DNA from: Lenisia limosa
Lineage: Eukaryota; Protista; Breviatea
DNA: 52,978 bases
Direction: 5' to 3'
Assembly: GCA_001655205.1 (NCBI GenBank)
Contig: LPNZ01009472.1
Span: forward strand, 1 to 52,978
Shown: positions 11,719 through 21,734 of the stretch, in pieces
Position numbering within the stretch: the stretch's first letter is position 1
Layout of the letters: each line of letters opens with the position of its first letter
Program-made: the position numbers and the translations under genes
The notes under the pieces: generated by a model
The model's database searches: none
The model's input: the letters and a program-made list of their open reading frames with translations, nothing else
What the model was told of the DNA's origin: nothing

Positions 11719-14700
11719 ATGAGCAGCCTATTATTAGCACAAAGCATTACGTCAGGAATCAGAACAGTTGGCAATGGGTGGTGATGTGATGATGATGTAT
11801 GTGATGATATGTCGTCATATACAAGCTTGGCATATTTTGCTCAGACTGTTCATGCAACAACATTGTTTCAAGGATAAAATGTTCGCAATCCGAAATGTTC
11901 TGATAATAACCCCAACAGGCGTCCTTGGCGCGTCCATTTTCGACTTTGTTCAAATGGGACCTTCATCGCTACTTTGCTCTCAAGGATAGCTTGGTATGCT
12001 TTTTGCTACTCTGTTGCTTTTCTGTGTTTTAGAACCATATTAACTCTATTGTTTTTATTTGTTCTGCTAAAATATATAATGGACTTATTGGCATAGGCAA
12101 AGCAATCCGACTTCATACAAATGCAAAAAAACGATCCTGATATGGCAACCAAGGTTGAAGAACTTCTCACTTTCGGTGAGTTTCCTGTTTCGTAAATCGG
12201 GTGCTCTGGAACAGTATTTGATGCATCATGTAACGGCATAGTGATGACTGATGACAAAGTCTCACCGAAAGAGCCGGTCCGCATTGCTATCACTGGTGGT
12301 GCAGGCCAGATCGGGTGGGNNNNNNNNNNNNNNNNNNNNNNNNNNNNNNNNNNNNNNNNNNNNNNNNNNNNNNNNNNNNNNNNNNNNNNNNNNNNNNNNN
12401 NNNNNNNNNNNNNNNNNNNNNNNNNNNNNNNNNNNNNNAATGGTCTGGACGGCTTGGACAGATAATACTCAACCTTTCGTTGTGTCTATTTCATTTCCCT
12501 TTTCCTTGATCTGCCAAGGTTGCCTAATTCAGCAGGTACGCTTTGGCATTCCGTGCAGCTGCTGGGGAAATGCTTGGAAGAGACCAAAGAGTCCACCTCA
12601 GTATACTGGTGTCGAATATAGTTGTAGAGGCATAATCTTTACCAAACTCTTTTGAGACAGGTTGAACGCTCAACATTATACCACAAATGTCTACAGATGG
12701 GATGGAATGGATGGCCTCTGTAACCTTTTTTCTTCACACTATATATCATATAGTATATAGTATATGTATAGAATCTATATAATATCATATATATATATGT
12801 GTGTGTGTGTGTGTATTAACAATTTCTAGGTTTAATTGAGAGGGAAGAAGCCATTCCAGCGCTCAAAGGCGTTGCTATGGAACTTGCCGACTGTTTGGGG
12901 GAGGGGGACAGCGTTCTAGTAAAAAAAGACATTCTTGCAGTATGTTTGATGGATTATTTTTTATCACCCAGGTGCGTTCCCCCTTCTATCTGACGTCACT
13001 ATCACATCTAATGCCGAAGAAGGATTTGATGGAGCAAAGGTGGGAAGCGAATGTCCGAATTGAGGTTGGACATCTGAGTCTGAATAATGACTCAAACATA
13101 ATCTAAGGTAGAAGAACCAATTGTTTTTCATTTGGAGCAAGATATTAACGCATTCTATCTCAAACGCAGTGATACCTCCAGTGGAATACCCCGTAAAGAT
13201 TTGAGTTTAGAATATTCAAACAGGATGTACAATGAATGAGATAAAGAGTCAATGAATATTAGCTAGTTATAGAAGTGAAAATATGCGCGGTGTAATTATT
13301 GCTAACATTCTCCAGGCAGCTCTGTTGGTAGGGTCCAGTCCCCGCGCTGCTGGAATGGAGAGAGCGGATCTTCTTAGGAAGAACGCTGAGATCTTTGTTC
13401 ACCAAGGAAAGGTTGGTCTGTGGATTTTGGTGTGTGGCATTTCATTGTATTTTTTTTTGGTAACAATTAAAAATAGAGCTTCATTCTTATATGAGAGTTT
13501 TCCGAAATTCTCGATATAATCGGTTTGTTTCATGTCTTTTGGGGGAAAGGAAAGCTAGAGCTCTAGGTTAAAGACTGAAAAAGTTTGCACAGAAATACTG
13601 TTTCATCGGATTGAAAGGTATTAAGCATATCATAGCTAGTTTCTTACTTTCTTTTTTAATGATCCCAAAGGCTCTGAACAAGTTTGCTGATGACAGCTGT
13701 AAAGTGGTGGTGGTAGGAAACCCAGCCAATACAAATGCTCTCATTACTGCTCACCATGCTCCCAAACTTGAGGTAATGACAAAGTGGATCTCAATAGTTC
13801 TTATGATTTACAGGACAACATCTCGGCTCTTATGCTCCTTGATCACAACCGATCCTTGTCAATGCTTGCTGATAAGGTTTGTTTGTTGGGGATATGCAGC
13901 TGATAATGTAGCTTAAAACAACCACTTCTGCCTTTGATCGTTTTGTTGTCTGGGGTAATCACAGCCCAACAATGGTTCCCGATGTATCGTATTGCTCTGT
14001 CAACAACGGCCAAATGGTATGTAAGGGCTTGCATGTTAGCCACTATTTTATTATATTAATCAAAACAGGTAACCGACCTCGTTGATGAGACGTGGGTTTC
14101 AGAAGTATTCAGACCTTTGGTACAGGTAGGGCTCGTATTATCTTCTTCGTACTTGAATCAATATCATAGTTACTATCTCATAGTATTCGACTTTAAATTC
14201 TCTTTGATTGTCAAATGGTTGATTACCTTCTTTCCTTGATTTGTATAGCAAAGAGGGTCTGCGATTATTGCGGCCCGCAATGCTTCAAGTGCTGCATCAG
14301 CTGCGAATGGTTTGTTAGAAGCTTGCGCTTGGATCTGTTTTTATGTTATTAATCCTTGTAAATCTCAAGCATATGGAAATACAAGTGCATATCCCCTTCT
14401 TTTGATACCTCTAGCGACTTTGGCCCATATGAAATCCTGGATGTCGGACAGTGACGGACAATGGATTAGCATGGCTAGAATGTACGTTGGGAGGCTGAAA
14501 CCCCTGAACAAACATAGCAGACCTCTGTACAATTATATTTTGAAATAATTCGTAATTAATTATATTTAATTGCAAGGTACAATTATTCCGGGTGAAATAA
14601 TCTCGAAATTATTTACGAATAAATTTGTATATTGCTAATTACATATCATATCATAAACTATTATACAAATTAGTGTACCATATACAATATCATATACTAT

Positions 14701-15816
14701 ATGATATATCACATATAGTATCTATTAATATACTATATGCATATGTATATTATATCATATTATCATATTAGTATGTATAATATATCGATATATATATTAT
14801 ATGATATACTATATTATATCATATATTATACATATGATATAATATATATAATATTTATGATATGATATAGCTATATGATATATATATATATATATTATAT
14901 ATCATATAGCTATATTATATGTATTACATGTATAAATATGTATGTGTCTGTTTGTGTGTAGAGATGAGTATCTGGCTATTAATTTTATTTCTCGAAACAG
15001 AATAAATATACATATAATAATATATGTTCCCATTAATTTCACAATTTATTGCACTGGGTCCTAGAATTAATTAATTCATGAAATAATTTAAATTAAATTA
15101 TTCTCTGCAATAAATTTATCTTCGTATTTGATTTTCTTCAAGGAGCAAAGGGGAGTACGGAGTGCAGCCCGGTCTCTTCTTCAGCATGCCAACAGTTATT
15201 GAAGAGGCGGAAGCACACACTGTTATGGGACTCTATATTGATGATCCTGTGATGGAACTGGTTTGTGGGGGTTATAGGGGTCCTAACATCTTCTATTTTC
15301 AATTATCACAAACATCCGCTCCCAATCTTGGTAATCTTACCATTACTTCAATAAAAGACGGGTTTGGGTGCCTTCTTGGTTTATTATGTTGAGGCATGTA
15401 CCTTATTTATGAATCTAATATATATGTTGGAGAAGCTGGTCCGGAGTTACATGGCAAATGATTGTGTAAATTAGTGATATGCAATATCTCTGATAGCGTG
15501 ATAGTGTGAACGGCTTTGGCCAGATACTTCTTTTCTCATTTCTACCTACTCTACTGAATAATGATAATACAGCATTATTTCTGGTATAATTGTATTCATA
15601 TATTTGGGTTTCTTCACTCTTTCTCTTCTTTAGTAATGTTTAAAATAGGGGGGGGGGGGAGGTGTCTATACTTAATCTCTTTCCCCTATTTGCTGTCATG
15701 GCCAATGATCCACGGAGTCACCTTTACCCTTTACACTCCTGTATTTGACAATGCAGTTTGAAAAGTCAGAAGTTGAACTTCGCCAAGAGAGAGATGCAGT
15801 GCACGAGTATTTGTAG
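11719..15816 (+). CDS. MDH: Malate dehydrogenase, MDH1 (cytosolic/prokaryote-like clade) type, with an N-terminal extension of about 68 aa
   Basis: Core exons: [60 protein letters not shown] (Arg102/Arg109 in LDH numbering retained, so malate specificity), [44 protein letters not shown] and a last exon [19 protein letters not shown] (TAG 15814-15816). Three upstream in-phase exons (11719-11766, 11919-11993, 12097-12175) are less certain, especially the first. Confidence 0.93.
14640..14940. repeat. AT-rich low-complexity (TA / ATATC / ATATG-type) tract inside the longest MDH intron
   Basis: Nearly pure A/T with recurring tatcata/tatgata units; similar shorter tracts occur in other introns. 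Confidence 0.85.
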
Positions 15817-16146
15817 TCATTTTATTGTTTTTTGTTTCTTATTATTATTGTTGTTGTGATTGTGGGAAGAGGTTTGTCAACACTAGGGGTATAAATATAG
15901 ACAGTCAACAAACTTTTCATAATCTTATCAGATGGAGTATCATATTATTTATCATTAATATGATTGATGGTGTGGCAGCGTCGGCCAGATACATCCTTAT
16001 TTTTTTATTTCTCATTGCTATATATCTATAAACCAATATCTCTTAAAAATGTGGAGATAAATAACTAAAGTACGAATAACGCCCACTACGAGTGATGGTG
16101 TGGACGGCTCCGTCCAGATGCAACCTTATTTGTTATTTTTCATTGC
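15498..16146. repeat. Three degenerate copies of a motif of about 50 bp (starts about 15498, 15965, 16092)
   Basis: gtgatagtgtgaacggctttggccagatac..ttctcatt / tgatggtgtggcagcgtcggccagatac..tttctcattgc / gtgatggtgtggacggctccgtccagatgc..ttttcattgc, aligned by eye. Confidence 0.7.
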
Positions 16147-16158
16147 CTTTTATATATA

Positions 16159-16457
16159 TGCTCGCGGTCCTAACTTAGGTCATTTTTTTTCGAGTTTTAA
16201 AGCAGGAGAAACCAAACATTTTTAGACCAGTTTTCATACCATATTCATTTTCAGGGTTGTTTTACAAATATTGTTTCACGCACAACATTTCGGATATTTC
16301 CAACTTAAAAGTTATAGGGTGGTTAGGGGCCAGTGTAAACAGATTAATTGTACTCAAGCTCAATCCCTTTCTTGTAAAAAATTTCTGTCACAACCGAAAT
16401 TTCTGTATGATACCAACTCAATATCAATTAATGACCAAATTTAGGGGACCGCGAGCA
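16159..16457. mobile_element. MITE-like non-autonomous DNA transposon (299 bp, imperfect TIRs of about 28-30 bp, TA flanks)
   Basis: Left end TGCTCGCGGTCC-TAACTTAGGTCATT; reverse complement of right end TGCTCGCGGTCCCCTAAATTTGGTCATT. TA at 16157-16158 and 16458-16459. AT-rich interior with no credible ORF. Confidence 0.8.
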
Positions 16458-16940
16458 TAATCTATCTCTTATCAGACCCACCAACCCCTAATTTCTGACT
16501 GTTATGTTACCTCCTCATTCATACATAAACATTGGTCCAGTGGTCCTTGTTGGTCCGCCAAGGTATTTGTTGGTCCTTTTGGCACTTTTGGTTTTGGTCC
16601 GCTAAGGCCAGGCTATGATAGCAATGGGTATTTTATTTAGATGTGGGAGAAGTCGCGGCTGTGGTGTGATAAAATGAGCCATAGCAAAGCAAGAAAGCAA
16701 AAAGAAGAGACCAAGAATGCTGCAAAGGTTAAGCGGTTGAAGAAAAGCGCTGTTTTACGTTTTATTAACGTCATATTAAGAGTTCAGATTTCGGATTAAT
16801 ATCAATGATAAATGAGCCGAAATAAGAGGCCGACGGTTATCTATTATCGGTTCGTTATATCGTTATCGTTTCCCTTGGACAGCCTTGGATTAGAGAATAC
16901 TAATTAATATTCATTGTTCCAAATAATAATGAACACTGCC

Positions 16941-17634
16941 TTAGAAAAGGAGAGCAAGGATGGCAACAGCGATGGGGATGAGAGCAGCAGCGGGGCTAAT
17001 GCAGTCAGAAACGTCCTTGGCAGCATAAGATCCGGCAGTGACGAGAGAGTCGCAAGTCTCAGCGGTCTAATTAATCAGTTGAAAATTGAAAAATTTCATA
17101 AAAAAGGGAAAACCGTTCTTACCTGGCACTTGAGGCAGACGGAATAGCAGGGAAGGACTGTCTTGCAGTCAGCGTCTGCAGAGCAAACTTCACCGCCTGA
17201 GGCACGCTCCTTGGTAAGGTCACTGCAGAACTCGTCCTTGTCGAAATCGCAGCCGAAGAAGTTAGACTTGCAGGCAGAGATGTCCTCAGGGCAGAATTGC
17301 TTGCATTGGGTCTCCTTGTCGGCATCAGACTTCTTGCACTCAGTTTCGTGAGAGGTAACAGCAGTGTTGTACTTAGCCTCAGTGAACTCAGCCATATCAA
17401 GACCATCCTGAGAAGATTAGAATTTAATAAAATTAGCCGCCAAAACTTACGGAAGAGGTGCAGAACTTGACGTCCTTAGAAACACCGCAGAAGTCGGAGT
17501 AGTTGACGGGGGCTAGAACCATGAGAAACATAGTAATCGTTGTAAAAAAAGATTGACAATCGCTTACCCTTGCATTGGTCAGCAGCAAAGGCAACGGCCA
17601 GAAGGGCAATGAAGACAACAAGGAAAGATCTCAT
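16941..17634 (-). CDS. Secreted Cys-rich protein (about 180 aa, 16 Cys) with signal peptide and C-terminal GPI-anchor-like signal, 4 exons
   Basis: MRSFLVVFIALLAVAFAADQCK/APVNYSDFCGVSKDVKFCTSS/DGLDMAEF...VLPCYSVCLKCQ/TAETCDSLVTAGSYAAKDVSDCISPAAALIPIAVAILALLF*. All three introns are GT-AG (donors gtaagc, gtaagt, gtaaga) and in phase; strong codon bias. Confidence 0.88.
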
Positions 17635-17745
17635 AATAAACTTAAGAAGTGAAGTGACAGAAAAAACAAAAAAGGAGTTTTTAAAGCAAAAGAAATGAAC
17701 TGTCAATTCACGTAAATAATTTTGCAGCTGTTTTTGCCGCCATTT

Positions 17746-18900
17746 ATGTTTGCAAGGGTAGAATAGTTATATAATGTATTCTACTACTAGACCCTACTAC
17801 CCCATTACCGATGCCATTTGTGGGAAACAGCTTCCCTAACTAATGCAACTAACTGCTTGCCTATCCTCTCCTCGTCAGTATACTCCTTTCTGTGCTCCTT
17901 CTTCTTCATCTTATCACACCTTTTGAATTTTTGAGCCGTGTGGATTTCTAGCTTAGGAGGGAAAAAATCGAAGATTAATACTTCTAGCAACCTTTTGTTT
18001 CTACCAGAATTGACACATTGGGCGGAGTCCAATTCCGCCTTGGCTCGGCACTGAAGCCTGAAAATGCAATTTCAAAAGTTGGAGGTGCAAATCAATAAAC
18101 ATAATCAATAAGACTTTTTTCTTACCATTCAGAGCGAGTTTGAAACGCTTCAGAACAGTTTGGGGGCAGTTTGTCAAACTTAACTAACAACAGATATAAT
18201 ATCATATCGACATATTATACTATACAAGCAGTTAAATATTTCAACAGTTTACTAATCTTTTTCTTATCTTTTAGTAATGGTACATATATTGAATAACATG
18301 TAGCCGTATGAATATGCACACTGATAGGGCATACGCATCAATAAGATGATATAGAAATAATTTATTTCCACATTTGCACAAAGAATAATATTCAGCTACA
18401 GCTGCCTACCAACCTCCGTTAACGAATGGATGTTAATGGTGATAATAAGTATTCTTCTGCTGTCAGCATTCTTACTCTCTTTCCTCCAGATTTACCGTAT
18501 TTGGACGCACCAATTCTGCAAGATGATGTTGGGGTTCAAGTCACTTCAAGAATAAGGTATCTGGACCACGTAGTGGCCGAATACACTATTTTTGGTACTT
18601 GTCCCGAAGGCTATGACTTGGTTATCCCGACGACAACCATGACATGCACTCTCGCGGCAGGATGGATAAACCCTCCAAGGTGCCAGATTAGTATGTAGAT
18701 TCTTGGCAGCCTTTTATATTTCTTGAAAGGGATGTTGTCCTTCACTTATACCTTGTTTTTTTTCTTGTTGTTTCTACATATTGCACAAACAGTGGCCTCA
18801 TCGTTTAGAAACATGCAGCAATGACTTCACTAATTTCAAGTCCTCTAATTGTACATTTGGTTGGTGGAAAATATCTCAGGCGCATTTTTATTACCCTATT
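17746..18900. CDS. Hypothetical spliced gene, strand unresolved; + strand contains a Sushi/CCP-like segment (18426-18698)
   Basis: The + ORF contains TCPEGYDLVIPTTTMTCTLAAGWINPPRC (Sushi-like C-x2-G-Y-x-L...C...W...P-x-C) and plausible upstream + exons. A competing minus-strand model (18190 to 17805, ...KKKEHRKEYTDEERIGKQLVALVREAVSHKWHR*) also splices in phase. Confidence 0.35.
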
Positions 18901-19175
18901 ATTGGCAAGTAGAACGCAGTGTGTGTGATATTTTGTTTTTATATATGATATATATATCTCTATCATATAAGGTACGTCACCTGACCGTGAACATAACCTG
19001 GCCGTGAACATCTGCCCTTTTTTTTTCTTCTTTTTTTTTCAATATTACTTGATATTGCTAAAGATTTTGTCAAAATAAGTATGATACAAACAAAAATTTT
19101 ATTGTCAGATACATAGTATGTATTAATGAGATATTGAAGAAACAGTACCAAGGTCATTTTCAAATGAAGTATTAA

Positions 19176-20330
19176 AAAGAAAAACCCGAGTTTTTTTTCC
19201 TGGGAGTGGTTTTCTGCTTTTTTTTACTGGAGATTTCTGGCCGGAAAACACAAGTTTACGGCCTCAGTTGAAAAAATGGAGGCAGGCGTCAAAAAAATTG
19301 CTTCATTTCTTAAGTAATGAGTGTTTTCCTCAGAAAACTCCGAGTAACAAAAGGAAGACAACCAAGAAGAAAAAAAACGAGGAGGAATTCGAATGGAAAA
19401 CACTGAGGGATTTTTCCACTTTTACAGTGGTTTTCCTTTTAGAAAACCCCGAGTTTTTTTTCCTGGGAGTGGTTTTCTGATTTTTTACAAGGAGTTTTCC
19501 TCCCAAAAATAGCCCAGTTTTATTTAAAAATGGCTGTTAAATAAGAGAAGAAAGTTTCTTGGGATAATAAAACACACAAAAAAAAATCACTGAACTGAAC
19601 TTATTCCATTTATGTCGACTCGATCTAGATTTCTCTTTTGAAAAAACGTTGGGAGTGGTGGAATTGGCTTACGCAAATGTTTCCCCTTCAACCCCCGGTT
19701 CAAACAAAAACTCGGTTCTCTGTTGTTTTGTTATCCATAAAGGCGATGTCAAGATAATTTGAAATAGTTTTTAGAATACTGGAAAGGCAATTCTTCAAAC
19801 CAGATACTGTTTTGAGCCGAACAATTTTTTTGATAGGTTTGAAACTCTTGGTGACACCTCGAGGAAAATCTTTATTTGAAGTTGAACACAAACCCCAGAT
19901 CACTGGAGTTTCTGGGTCTAGAAGGTTCAGATGAGTCTNNNNNNNNNNTGCAAATGTTTCCCCTTCAACCCCTGGTTCAACAAAACTCGGTACTCTTTTG
20001 TTTTGTTATCCATAAAGGCGATGTCAAGATAATTTGAAATAGTTTTTAGAATNNNNNNNNNNACCAATCGAAATAAAAAAACACTATGATGAAATAAAAA
20101 AAAATAAGCAATGGTGGTTTTGTGATTGGAGGTGGTGAGATCCTTGTGTGTTTTTGGAGGAGGCATTGATATGATGATAAAAGGGGACCGTACAGGGATT
20201 TTGGAAAACCCCAAATCCCATTTCTGCCAATTCTCCAATTGTACAAAAAAAATTATTACTTGTTTTTTCGACCTTTCCCAAGGCACAAGACCACAAGACT
20301 CAAGAGTTTAGAGTGCTGGAGTGTATGCGC
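19176..20330. repeat. Repeat-rich gapped region, possibly a transposon end or satellite
   Basis: A direct repeat of about 37 bp, aaaaccc(c)gagttttttttcctgggagtggttttctg, at about 19180-19216 and 19443-19479. Inverted AAAACTCGG copies at about 19707 and 19984. A near-duplicate of about 105 bp at about 19670-19778 and 19949-20052, bounded by two short N-gaps. Confidence 0.65.
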
Positions 20331-20780
20331 TTTCGATGTACAGTGGCGGTTCTTGTTCTACTTCAAGTAATGAGGTGCTTCTTGACGTGGGCTTTCATGA
20401 GATGTGTATAACTGAATATCCCCCCTTTGATTTAACATTTATATATCTCTGACCTAATCATGTTAACATTTGCCATCATTTACCTCATCAGCTTACCCCA
20501 CTGATGAGTCTCCCTGGGTGTACTCCCATGTTACTGGAGCTACATGCCTTAATATTATGTGTGTCAACCTTGTTAATAAATAAATACATATCTTGTATGA
20601 ATTTTTTTTTGGGGGGGTGATACGATAATGACGTTACAAAGATGAATAAAATAAGAAGGGCGGACGAGTGAGGTGTTTATAAGACAAACGAGAACATTAA
20701 TAAGATAAAAGCCACAAACCAAGTCCATGATCCCATTTGTCCACAGATTCAGCATAAGGAAAATCCATAAATCAGAACGT

Positions 20781-21510
20781 TTAGTCCTTTTTGATCTCAA
20801 CACCGGTAGCACGGGCAACACGGCGCTCAGCCTGGCGAGCAACACGACGCTCACGGACAACACGAGCACGAGCACGGGCGGCGGCAGCCTGTTCGGCGAC
20901 CTTAGCCTCACGGATCTTGGAAGCCTTGGAGGAATGGATATGCTCGATGAGGACACGCTTGTTCTTGAAGGTGTTACCCTTAGCCTTCATGTAGAGCTCG
21001 TGGTAACTAATATGGTAAATAAACGTTTTAAAAATTTATTAAAAAAAAAACACCCCAAAGCTTACAGGTGACGGTCAATCTTGTTAGCCTCACGGTACTT
21101 GCGGAGAAGACGACGGAGAACACGCATGCGTCTCATCCAGATAACCTTCTCGGGCATACGAGCGTTGGCCTTACCCTTACGCTTACCGAAGCCCATGTGG
21201 CGACCCTTAGCCTTAGCAATGTTGCGACGGCGGATACGAGTACGGGAAACAGCGTTGTCGGGTTGACGAACAATGAGACCGGCGTTGATCTGCTCGCGGA
21301 TGGACTTGCCTGGAGTGTTACAAAATGAAAACAAAAAACCAGTCCCAAAACACAAAAAGGGAAGAAAGAACATTCTTAATAAAAAGTCCCAAGCATACGA
21401 GTGGTGGAGCCGCCAATGGTGTTGCATTCATTGGGGTCAAGCCAGACCTTACGCTTTCCACACTTGAGGATAGAGGCCGCGAGGCGCTTCTGAGTACGGA
21501 GGTTTCCCAT
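20781..21510 (-). CDS. RPL19: 60S ribosomal protein L19 (eL19), 3 exons
   Basis: [28 protein letters not shown]...[71 protein letters not shown]...; strong codon bias. Confidence 0.98.
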
Positions 21511-21734
21511 TTTCCTTCGCTTGTTAAGAGGGTTTTTTGAAAAAAAAAATTGGCTAAAAGAAAAGTGGGTGACAGCAGTTCAGTTCACAAATAACAATAT
21601 ACGAAATTAGAGAATTTTCTTTCTCCTTTTCTCTTTTCTCTCCACTCTTTCCTTCTTTTCCTGTCCTTCAGAACATACACACATCACATACACATTATAT
21701 ACAACAACAAACAAATTCTACTTACTAAATTGTA

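Noticed and set aside
11801-11903. Box C/D snoRNA (GTGATGA...CTGA) in MDH intron 1
   Set aside because: Box C lies in a TGA-type low-complexity run, the terminal stem is negligible and I recognise no rRNA-complementary guide.
11828-11989. In-frame TAG suggesting a non-standard genetic code or readthrough upstream of MDH
   Set aside because: Another frame splices cleanly without stops, and well-supported genes end in TAA or TAG, with TGA ending several other models.
7380-17745. (CC)TTTTTG motif shortly upstream of several start codons as a core promoter element
   Set aside because: T-tracts are too common in this AT-rich intergenic DNA to judge by eye; this needs TSS-anchored enrichment testing.
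18977-19010. 17-bp tandem duplication (acctgaccgtgaacata); a similar 16-bp duplication lies in CDF intron 1 near 22048-22087
   Set aside because: Only two copies each, with no evidence of function; consistent with ordinary slippage.
19650-19710. tRNA/SINE-like B-box (GGTTCAAAC)
   Set aside because: There is no T-stem complement, no cloverleaf and no convincing A-box.
20573-21467. Several ORF-track ORFs overlapping RPL19 on the other strand or frames
   Set aside because: They are shadows of the strongly codon-biased RPL19 exons.
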